A stretch of DNA of 63,514 nt, filler included, from Octopus bimaculoides (lineage: Eukaryota), in assembly GCF_001194135.2 (NCBI RefSeq). It is 6 parts of 5 records of this genome, joined end to end, with 100 filler letters (N's around TTAATTAATTAA, not from the genome) between each part and the next. Parts side by side here need not be neighbours in the genome. Positions count along the whole stretch, not along the records: positions 20,773 to 38,691 come from NC_069004.1; 5 more parts are not named here. One strand, given 5' to 3'. The notes below the pieces were generated by a model. It saw only the letters and a program-made list of their open reading frames with translations. It was not told where the DNA came from and made no database searches. The position numbers and the translations under genes are program-made. Positions 25,401 through 37,400 of the stretch are shown here, piece by piece (within the stretch, counting starts at the first letter, position 1; every line of letters begins with the position of its first letter).

Positions 25401-28400
25401 GCAAGGGCCATGTAGACCCTGGTTGAAAACCACTGCTTTATGTGGTCACTGGACTGTTAGAAATAGAAGCTAAATTAACCTGAAATCTCAAAGTCTTAAA
25501 GCCAGAAGGAAAGGGACAGTGGATAATGTGATCTGAGATCCCTCTAAGATGATTGGTTAGTCATGGTTGGAACACATTAAATCATATGTCTGCTTGATCA
25601 TGGCTGACCCTGAGCTAAAGATCATCATCATCATCATGACTTATGCAGGTCAGTATCTCCTGGATTGGTCAAGTTGATGTGTCTGATGTCCAGTTTGAGG
25701 TATCAACAGGCAAAGCATGGACAAGACTGTTGTTGTTTCAAACGATGGTGACAGTGAAATCTGCTAAAGGCCACCATGGAGTTTGTGGAGGCACAAGCAT
25801 TAAACAAGGTGACACATTTGACTGACCTTAGAGTTCAATTTGGACTGTTGGCGCTATGGTATTCTTCCCTTTTATATTCGAGGAGTCACTATATTGAGTC
25901 AAAGCAATTTCATCTATCCTCTGGCCTGTGTGTGTGCCTGTATGTTTCAGTGTGTCTGTCTGTCTCTCTCTCTTTCTCTCTGTGCCTGTTTTTAAGTTTT
26001 TTTTCTTTTTTCTTTCTTTCAGCGATTCAATGCCTTCAAATATCACTGGTCAGAAACTCGTGTCACTGTGATCCTTGAGGTCAATCCCTCATCACTGGAT
26101 CAAGTCGATCCAGTAACAAACAAAGTCTTAACTTCATATGATTACAAAGACATGGAAGGTTTAACTATGGTGAGTTTGATTTTGGACTCTTCTCTATTCT
26201 TAACCACACACACACACACTCTCTCTCTCTCTCTCTCTCTCTCAAGCTTCCATCATTCGGAGTTGACAACAGGAAAGTTCCTATCCAGGAAAGAGATATA
26301 GATAGGTTATTTTGTATGGAGGACCATCAGCTTCCCGTGCTGTATGTTTCCTTTCTCCATGCCACTGATTTTGTTCAGGGGATGTGGAGGTGACAAGGAC
26401 TAATACAGCTCAGTATCAGTATTTTCTTTACAGCTGTTTCGAAACAATATATGTATAGATACATATATATGTGTGTGTGTGTGTGTGTACATGTATGCTT
26501 GTGTATATGTGAATCTTTACGTATGTATGCATGTGAATATCTAATTTAAGACATTGTTACATTTCACTGTAATTAATGAGCGCTCTGTCTCTCTTTATTA
26601 GGTGTCTGATTACCCAGGAGGTGTGGCTGTGATATACGGAGGCAACAGTCGATTGGTAAGTCATGTTTCCATTAGTCTTTCTGTTCAAAGAAAACAATGT
26701 AATTGCAAATATAAAATGGGAAATAGTAGACTGTGTACTATCATGCATAAATGGTTCTTGAACCTGTCTCCTATGTACCATGCAAACATACCACATACTT
26801 ACACACATACATCCTATATAAAAGAAATGAGCTCATGTCACACTGAAGACACAAAAGGAAATTTATCTTCAAAAGATGGTCTGAATTTCAAACAGGACTT
26901 TGGACCATCTTTTAAAGATTTATTTTTCATTGAAATTTTAATTACTAATTCTAATACTCTGTTAGGAAATTACAAAATCCTATTTCAGCATCAATATTTC
27001 ATGTGTGTTTTATTTATAATTGTTGTCATGATGATGATTTCAGCATCTGTTTGTGCTGGACCAGAAAGAACAGCTGATCAAGAGTATAACAGAGTCGGCG
27101 GCGAACAATATTGGAATTTCTGTAAAATATAGAAAAGATCCCATTACATTTGACCAGTTTCTTTCCCACAAATTTGGTAATTTCAGGTGAGTTTGTAAAC
27201 TTTATTATTATTATTATTGTTATTATTATTACTATTATTATAACTGAGGTATGGTTGTAAGGGTAAGAAGTTTGCTTTGTAACCACACAGTTTTGGTTTC
27301 AGTCCCACTGTGTGGCATCTTGCCCTACTGTCTTCTATAGGCTTGGACCAACTAAGGCTTTGTGAGTGAATTTGGTAGATGGAAACTGAAAGAAGCGTGT
27401 GTGTCAACTGAGAGGTGCTAAAAAATTTTTGGTTTTGGGTAAAAGAAAACACAGGAGGATCAGTTATGTTTTTATTCAACATATAGGCGCAGGAGTGGCT
27501 GTGTGGCAAGTATCTTGCTTACCAACCACATGGTTCCGGGTTCAGTCCCACTGCGTGGCACCTTGGGCAAGTGTCTTCTGCTATAGCCTCGGGCCGACCA
27601 AAGCCTTGTGAGTGGATTTGGTAGATGGAAACTGAAAGAAGCGTGTGTGTCAACTGAGAGGTGCTAAAAAATTTTTGGTTTTGGGTAAAAGAAAACACAN
27701 NNNNNNNNNNNNNNNNNNNNNNNNNNNNNNNNNNNNNNNNNNNNNNNNNNNATATATATGTTTGTGTGTCTGTGTTTGTCAATGATTAATAACTTTGCAA
27801 GTCGAATATTTCTACTGTTTTTTTTTTTTCTTTTTCTTTCTTCCTCAATTTGTTTTGTTTGTTTGTTTTTTTGTTCTTTTGTCAGTTCGGATGAATGTTT
27901 AACTTCCTACTCAGAATTTATAGTCCAGAAAATCTCGCCCCGCCACACTGATTGTGTTCGACGAACCCTGTGTCTTACTGAAAACTGTTTGGTTGAACGT
28001 GATCCAGCCACATACAATGTAGTCACGTGCAAGCCTCTCTGTGATGTAAGTACACAACTGGTCTCTTTTATCAATTCACTTTGCTTCTAGTGTGTCATGC
28101 ACAGGCAGTGGTGGACTGGCCAGGTTGTCAGTTTCCCCACTAGCAAGTGGGCCCCTGCGCCATTAGAATCCATATATGAGGGCCCATCCCCTCAAATTTG
28201 AAAATTTTTTATTCACTCCTGTAAAGATGCATTAATTATTTCAGCTTGGTTGTGTTTGTAGACAGTTGAAAGGAATACTTTTAACAAAAAATAAATAAAT
28301 AAATAAATAATTTAAAGATAAAAATAAATGATGGCTTTGTAGTTGCGGATGAGCCCCTTTGTAGTTGTGGGTTTAGTTTACTGTGTAAACAATTGAGTTA

Positions 28401-31400
28401 TGCTGTTTGCTATTATTGAACATATCTGAGCACTGAAATTTTGGAGATTTTTTTTTTTCCCATTTTCTTCTAATTTGATTCTCTAAAACGTTTTACTATG
28501 GATGAGTTGTTTTATGAAACTAGTCTAAATTCATGATTATTTTAGAATTCAATTGAAACACAGAAGGGGTGTATTTTGGTTAGAAACATAGTTACGAAAG
28601 GATTAAATCTGATTTACCATTGCCCTTTGCTCCAAGTACAGTTCTTGTTCCCCTCCACCATTTTACCTTCACCAAAAAAAAAAAAAAACTCTCAAAACAA
28701 ACAACAAACAAATTTCCATTTTTGTGTAATGTTCATTTTGTTTCCTTGTGTTCTTTAGATATTTGCTATAATCCGTTATAATGAGAACCCTCAGAAATTT
28801 AGTGTTGAACACGTGAAAGGTGATGTGAGGACATACCAATCAACCGATAGGTAAGGATAATAAACACTTGAGATTTTAGTTTTGTTTTCTTTAATGATTG
28901 TTGGTTGTTAAAAGGCTTTTTCTTGCCTTTCAGCAAATCTTTTCTATTTGTGGAATAATATTTCTGTGGAGGAGAGTGTAAATAAAACAGAATGGTACAC
29001 AAACATTGAGCTGTTGTTTGTTGTGCGTTTGGAGCTATATCAAAAGCAGCTCAAGCATGGAGTTGTCACATGTAGTGTATTGGGAATTGCCACATGTAGC
29101 AAATTTAGAGCTGCTTCTTGGGGTGCATCGGGGGACAGTCTCATGTAGCACATCAGGAGTAGCCGGCATGTATGTAGCACATTTGGGGTTGCCCACGTGA
29201 ATTTGGAGTTATGTGCTGCTCAGGCAAGCGGTTGTTACATGTACTGTAATGGGAGTCACCACATGTAGCATATTTGAAGCTGCCTCATGTTGTGCATTGG
29301 GAGAAACCTTATGTTGCACACTGGGGAAAGTGTCATGCATCATAAATAGGAGCAGCTCCCACATGTAGCACCTTTGGAGCTGCCCACATGTAGTGCATTT
29401 GGAGTTTATCCATATACAGTGACTTTGAAGCTGCCCACATGCAGCATATTTGACCAGCGTAAACAAACAATCGCAACAATGTGCAAACAATGCAATGTGG
29501 CCATTCTTGCCTGAGATTTTGTTCTGTCCATAAAACCCCATAATTTACTTCAAAGGCCACAAAACAACCCACTTCACCCCACTGGACATTACAATGACCA
29601 TTCTCACAAACCAGTTAAATAAAACCAAAATTATAAAAATGTAAGATGATCTGAACATGTGACGGATATAATTTATTAGTTTAGTTAAGTCTTTTCTGAG
29701 TTGATTTTAAACTAATTAATTAAATTGCTTTCCCTCTTCTCAATTCACAGGGATGCCTTATTAGCATCATTGTTAGATGGTGTCCGTGCATCCGGCAACC
29801 GAGATGTTTGTGTGAAGATGAGTCAAACTAAAAGAGGATACCGATTGGGTAACATATTTTTTTGTTTTGCTTTGTTTTTTCTACATAAATTTTTCATTAT
29901 TATTTGGTCATAACACAAATTTTCACTGATTCATCATCATTTTAAGGTCCACTTTTCCATGTTTCCGTGAGCTGCATCAGAGTTTATTGAGACAGGTTTT
30001 TTTTTTTTTTACGGCTACATGCCTTTCCTGTCTACAACCCTCACTTGTTTCCAAGCAAAGTACTATTCCCTGATGGCCAGATATATTTTAGCAGAATATA
30101 GAAATGAATGACCTTGCTTCCATGGCAACCATTTGTGGCTCTCACTCAGTGTCAAAACAAGGAGACACATACAACACAGCACAAAATGACATGCACCACA
30201 CATGCAACACAACATGCACTGCACATGAAGCACAACACAAAATGCACCATACAATGCAACACAACACAAAATGCACCCACATGCAATACAACATAAAATG
30301 CATCATACATGCAACACATGTACCACACATACAACACAATGTACCTCATGCAACACAACATACAACACAAAATGCACCATACATGCAACACAACACAAAA
30401 TGCATCACACAGGCAGCACACCAAACACACACACACACACACACACGCACGCACACACATTTTCAGTTTCCTGTCCACCAGATTCAGTTACAAGGCTTTG
30501 GTTGGCCCAAGGTGCCACCCAATGGGACTGAACCTGTAACCATGTTGTTATGGAGCAACTTCTTGACCACACAGCTATGTCTTTGCCATCCCTGTCACTT
30601 TTTAATTTCCTTAATTTAAAAAAAAATTTTTTGGTTATCTTAAACCGCATTTTTAAATTAGGGGCTATTTGTTGTTTTCCCAGGTCCCTTCACAGTACCA
30701 GTTGATGAAGAAGTGGAAAGTCAGCACTTGAGGTTTATTCATAGTCCTCCACGTAAGTTTAATAAATACATTATTTACATTATTTACATTTGACGGATAT
30801 TTATCCACAAGATGAGTACAGATATCGTCATCATCGTCCGCTTTCCATGCTAGCATGGGTTGGACGATTTGACTGAGGACTGGTGAAACCGGATGGCAAC
30901 ACCAGGCTCCAATCTGATTTGGCAGAGTTTCTACAGTTGGATGCCCTTCCTAACGCCAACCACTCAGAGAGTGTAGTGGGTGCTTTTACGTGTCACCCAC
31001 ACGAAGGCCAGTCAGGCGGTACTGGCAACGGCCACGCTCAAAATGGTGTATTTTATGTGCCACCCGCACAAGAGCCAGTCCAGGGGCACTGGCAACCATC
31101 TCGCTTGAAAATCCTACGAAGGCTAGTCAGGCGGTACTGGCAACGGCCACGCTCAAAATGGTGTATTTTATGTGCCACCTGCACAAGAGCCAGTCCAGGG
31201 GCACTGGCAACCATCTCGCTCGAAAATCCTAATTCCTCATCTTTTAAATATAGAACGAAATTTATTATAATTATCATTAATGATAGAGTATTGTATAAAA
31301 GATTGTTTGGCAAAACATGGCAGTCCTGGTTTAGGACGAATGTTACTGTAATTTAGCACCAGGAGACATCATCTCCAGCTGGCTATACGACACAATCTGT

Positions 31401-34400
31401 GTCCTTATATTTTCAAACAAGGGAATCTAGCACCCCCACTCAAAAATATAAGAACACAGATCGTGTTGTATAGCCAGCTGGAGATGACCTCTCCTGGGAC
31501 TAAATTACAGCAACATTAGTCCTAAACCAGGACTGCCATGTTAGGTTGGCAAACAATCTTTACTACAAAGTACACCATTAAGCAACCAACGCACCTCTAC
31601 ATGAACCTTGTACCAAACTAAATTCATGAGGGTTTATAACTTGAATTTACTGAACCTAGTACTGAACTACTTTAAAATTATAAATCCTTATTTCTAAACC
31701 AAGACTGATAAAGAAACTTTATTCAAATTTTTGAACTCTTCACCTCATCTTGTATTATTGTATTGTATCTTAGAACACTACAGACAATCTCTTAGACTGG
31801 TTCTTATGTTCTTAACTTCTTTGTTTATCGTAGAACACAAGAAGCAGTTTCTTAGACTGGCTCCTGTGTTCTAAACTTCCCTACTTATCTGCTTCTGATT
31901 TCTCGTTTTTAAGCAACAATGAGTCACCACGAAGCTGTAGAGAGATTCAACTGTAACACATCCTACAGTGGTCTGATGCATGCCGTCACCCAAGATGTCA
32001 GTAACCACTGCATTTTTTTTCTATTATCTTTTCTTCATTATTTAGCTGTCTTTGATACTAAACTCTCTGAGACTGTGTCAACATATGAGACACAATGTTT
32101 TAAAGTGATATAAATTTAAACCTTCCATCAATATTTCATGTTAACGTATGTTCCAAATATCAATTTAATAACAATGAGGTTTTATTGTGTCTGGGGAGAG
32201 TCATTCTATTTTAGTGCCTTATTAAATTAACACACTCACCAGCCTGATTTCCACTCATTTACTTACTATTTTTTGGATAAAATTTTTGTTGTGATTTACA
32301 ACTTTTTACAAAAATGAAACAATGTTATTTTACTAAATTCTTCATTTTCAAAATTAATTGAGCCGACTATTGTGGTTTGATCGAAGTTTGGCTGTTATTT
32401 CCAGTAGGTCAAACGACCTCATAACTGTTCCCCCATTGGTTTGTTATTCAACGTAAAGTTATTACGCAACCCCCTATCCCTTTAAAACAATAAAATAAAT
32501 TAATTAATTAAAATAAAATTCATAACCTGATCTTTTTTTTTTTTTCTTGTTCCCTAATTTCTTCCTCCAGGGCCTATTTGCTGAGAACAAAGAGAAATTG
32601 ATAAATGCTGCACTATCAGGTCTACTTGAACGTGAGGGTGACCAAGATAACATCACCTCCGAAGCTTTAGAAGCACAGTTCCAGGCATTACGTCGACTGG
32701 TCGCTTCCAAAGCAGGTTTTCAAGCCTTCACTAGTCTGACCAAGTAAGATCACAATTGCCCTTATTTATCATTTCGCACTTATTGTTGTTAGGGTGCATG
32801 GCTTAGTGGTTAGGGTGTTACAGTCATAATCGCAAAAGGTTGTGTGGTTTCAGTTCCTAGATCGAGCGCTGTGTTGTGTTCTTGAGCAAAATAATTCATC
32901 TGGTGTTGCTCCGAGATCACTTTGGCACCTGACGTGTGGTACACTGTGCACCTGTCCAGATAATGTTGATTTGACGGAGAGAGTGAGCTGATGTATGACA
33001 TATCCATTTGATCACTAAAAGCAAGTCATTTCTGTAGGTTCTACAGCAAAAGCTAAACACTTGTGTTATTTTTGATGGGAGAGGCCATCATACTTGAGAA
33101 TAGTCATATTTTGCTAGTTAAACACATGTACCATATATTTGGGTTTTCACTTCAGCATTATTATTATTATTGAGTGAGAGAGCAGTGCATGCCATCAAAG
33201 TGACACTGGGGTAAAATATACAAAGCCTAGTATACCCATCATGACTACCCGTCTGATAAGGGTACACCAGGTACATGCATCACAACCATATGTGCACGAC
33301 ATGGTGATCTCTTATCAAGATAAACAGCGCATGACCTCACAGGTGGGGCCCAGTTAGAATTTCTTCAGGTCGAGTAGCCCATCCCGCTCAAAACGGCCCT
33401 GAATAAGGTTTGTTTAAGGATGTTGAATGAAACACCCATGTTTCCAGAGGTGAATTATTCAAACCCCAAAGAATTCCTCTCAACACATGGCCATGATGCT
33501 CCCCCCACTACTTCTGCTCGTGATCAGAGATGCACATATGGTCAGCCACCAAGGGATATGCTCAACTGGTTAAGGTCAAACAACTGACAAGCAAATCTGT
33601 GGTATTGAGCAGAATATTTGCTGTAGCCCATCTTTTTATACCAAGACAAAACAATGTACATGATAACACTTCCAATCGATTAAGATCAGAGGCCATGAGA
33701 GCCACTGCCTGGCACTGCATCAGGGCATTATTATTATTATTACCTTTGCACAGCTTCTAACGCTGGAGATGTACTGCGGTGTCAGCTGTTCACTACCGGT
33801 GAACTAAGGTAACATCTCTCATGGACAGACAGACTCATTCACACACACACACACACACACACAGGCAGTTGTTGACACACGCTTACAATGCAACCCATAT
33901 TTTATGAATTATCAATTGTGGAAATTAATTTTTTTTTTCCAGAATGCGAGAGAGAGTTGGTATTAAGGTTGTGAAAGCACTGAAGCGTAATGATGATGCG
34001 GTTACCCATGCAGCTGTCGACATGCTGTGTGCATTGATGCAGGTAAACAAGACCTACTCACCACCAGCTCACTTCAACACAACATCTTGTCATCAATTAA
34101 CTAGTGGCATTGTAAATATCTTAGGCATTAGAAAGGAGTGGTTTGTGCCCCCTTTTTTTTTATGTAGTTTGGTTAAATGAAGGAAGAGGGACCCAGGACA
34201 TTATTTTAGAGGCTTTAGTAACAGTTGGGAGGAAGTTCTTTCAGTATGGAGATTGATCCAAATGTTTATCAAAGAATGAACTCTACTAAATGTGTATTTG
34301 GCTTCAGTTGATACCATTAGCATCATTTAAGATCTTGGAGATCAAAACTGATGCTCTACAAAGGAAAAGCAAGGTCTGTTATAGTTCGGCACCAGTATCA

Positions 34401-37400
34401 TTGCAGGTATTTTTGTCAAAATGCAAAGAATGGAAAAGCTATCAGAAATCATCTTGACCTTGTGCTCACATTTCATTCAATATGTTTTGTATCTGGAATG
34501 GTTTTGAAAATTTGCTTCTTGCATATTTCATTACAATCTATTTCTTTCCTTTTGACACTTTTCGTATCCTTTACTGTATTTTGTGTTATAAGGGAACAAA
34601 TGAACACGTGCGTGTGTGTATACATATATACAAATGATGATGATGATATATATATATANNNNNNNNNNNNNNNNNNNNNNNNNNNNNNNNNNNNNNNNNN
34701 NNNNNNNNNNNNNNNNNNNNNNNNNNNNNNNNNNNNNNNNNNNNNNNNNNNNNNNNNNNNNNNNNNNNNNNNNNNNNNNNNNNNNNNNNNNNNNNNNNNN
34801 NNNNNNNNNNNNNNNNNNNNNNNNNNNNNNNNNNNNNNNNNNNNNNNNNNNNNNNNNNNNNNNNNNNNNNNNNNNNNNNNNNNNNNNNNNNNNNNNNNNN
34901 NNNNNNNNNNNNNNNNNNNNNNNNNNNNNNNNNNNNNNNNNNNNNNNNNNNNNNNNNNNNNNNNNNNNNNNNNNNNNNNNNNNNNNNNNNNNNNNNNNNN
35001 NNNNNNNNNNNNNNNNNNNNNNNNNNNNNNNNNNNNNNNNNNNNNNNNNNNNNNNNNNNNNNNNNNNNNNNNNNNNNNNNNNNNNNNNNNNNNNNNNNNN
35101 NNNNNNNNNNNNNNNNNNNNNNNNNNNNNNNNNNNNNNNNNNNNNNNNNNNNNNNNNNNNNNNNNNNNNNNNNNNNNNNNNNNNNNNNNNNNNNNNNNNN
35201 NNNNNNNNNNNNNNNNNNNNNNNNNNNNNNNNNNNNNNNNNNNNNNNNNNNNNNNNNNNNNNNNNNNNNNNNNNNNNNNNNNNNNNNNNNNNNNNNNNNN
35301 NNNNNNNNNNNNNNNNNNNNNNNNNNNNNNNNNNNNNNNNNNNNNGAAAGAGATAGAGTAGCGTCGGAGGATAAGTTTACGAAAACTACTTACAATTTTT
35401 GTGAGATGCTGCGTTCAATCATGTAAAAACAAAAGTAAATGAGTATATGCATATATACGTACATAGATGCATATATATATATACATACACATATGTATGG
35501 TCTTGGGTTCAGTCCCACCACGTGGTACTTTGGGCAAGTGTCTTTTACTATAGCCCCAAGCCGACCGAAGTTTTGTGGTTGAATTTGGTAGGCGGAAGTT
35601 ACTGCCATGTGTGTATATGTCTGTATGTGCTTGTGCCTCTCTGAAAGAGAGAGAGGGGGTACATACACACACACACACACAAACACATTTATTTCAAATT
35701 ATATCTTTGACAAGTTAACTTGAGATTCCTTAACGACAGTGTAACCTTCATATAATTAAGGTATCTTCAGCCTGATGAGTAGCTAACTGCATACCTCTTA
35801 CTGAGTAATTATTACATCAGAGGATGTAATAGCTACCCTAGTTGCTCACCATGAACTACATAAAAAAATGTTTTCAGCTTATCAAACTTCAATATGGGGA
35901 AAAAAAACTTCAAGCTTCAATGCCAATAAATTATTATTGTTCCTAAACCTAGTTTTTTTTTTTTTTTCATACCTAAGACAGACTGCTCGAAGATTACAAA
36001 CTTCCTACTTTCATCTTCGGATCTTATAATTATGTGCACATACACACTTACATACATATATGGCAAAATCCATCTTTATCTTTCTCTGCCAATTCCAGCC
36101 AATGCATGATGACTACGACATCCGACAAGAACAGATGAATAAATTCTCTCTAATGTCTTCGAGAAAATTCCTTGAAAGTCTTCTTGAGATGTTCAACTAT
36201 CACGTGGTGAGTTAGCTACGAACCATTATCACTCTCTCTCTCTTTCTCTTGTTGTTTGTCTTGACCTCTCTATATCTGTTTGACTTCCTGTCTATCTGTC
36301 TATCTTCCCTCTGAATATCCCCATTCCTGCCCCCTGCTTCCAGAAAACCCTGACAACCCCCCTGACCACCACTACCACCCTTACTGCCTCTCGTCCAAAT
36401 TCTTATTCTACCTGTCTATGATTGGTCCCTGTCTTCTCCAGGTACATGCCACAGGTGCTTTGGTGATTTCATCCATGTTGGATTTTTTAACATTTGCTCT
36501 GTGTGCTCCCTATAGTGAAACAACAGAAGGGGCCCACTTTGACACCATGCTGGAGATGGTTGCTGCAAATGGTAGAATTGTCTTCAAATTATTTCAGGTT
36601 TGTACACTTTTAGCTTTTTTTTTTTCTGGTTATTTTTCATTTTTTTTTTACCTTTTTCTTCTCTTCTTTTTTTTTTTTGTAAAAGAGAGAAGACTCTTAT
36701 CACTTCTTTATTCAGCATTGTCTTTTATTAATCTCTTTTACAGCATCCCTCTATGGCTATTGTGAAAGGTGCTGGTCTGGTGATGAAAGCCATTATTGAG
36801 GTCAGTACATACATTCTGATGGATTTTTTCTATTTACAATTCAAAATACATCACTCATCACTCACTCTCTCTATAAAACCCTCCTAGTTAATGCTCCCCT
36901 CCCAGCTCAAGGGGTTTTTGTTTCTTGGTGACCCTGTTGGTGCCATGTAAAAAGTACTGGTAGTGGTGCCACATAGGAAGGACTGGTGATGGTGCCATGC
37001 AGAAAGCACCCAGTACCCTCTGTAATGTGGTTGGTGTTAGGAAGAGCATCCAGCCGTAGATAATTGGAGCCTGGTCCAGCTCTCTGGCTTGCCAGTTCCT
37101 ATCAGACTGAAACTGTCCAACTCATGCCAAGCATGGAAAATGGCTGTTAATTGATGATGATTATATATATATGTATGTATATATATATATATATAATATA
37201 TATATAAAAGACTTGTGTCTTAAACATCAAGACTCTTTTAGTGGCACCTGCACTGACTGGGTCACCAAGTACTTGCAAGACAGAAAAAAAAAAGTGTGAA
37301 TATGTGCATGTCTGCCTGGGTAAATATGCATGTGTGTGTATGCATATGCATGCTTGTGTGTATATGTATTTCCATGTGTGTGTGTGTGTGTGTGAATATA

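Noticed and set aside
29040-29460. Regularly recurring 25-30-bp motif reminiscent of a CRISPR array
   Set aside because: Degenerate units with related rather than unique spacers, in a eukaryotic intron; a minisatellite
34351-35361. Very long ORFs up to 368 aa (also 46951, 49974, 54964, 60258, 62402)
   Set aside because: Made almost entirely of X from N gaps
35770-35810. Other CTGATGA motifs (about 946, 35772, 56193) as hammerheads
   Set aside because: No paired stem II, GAAA, stem III or NUH arrangement
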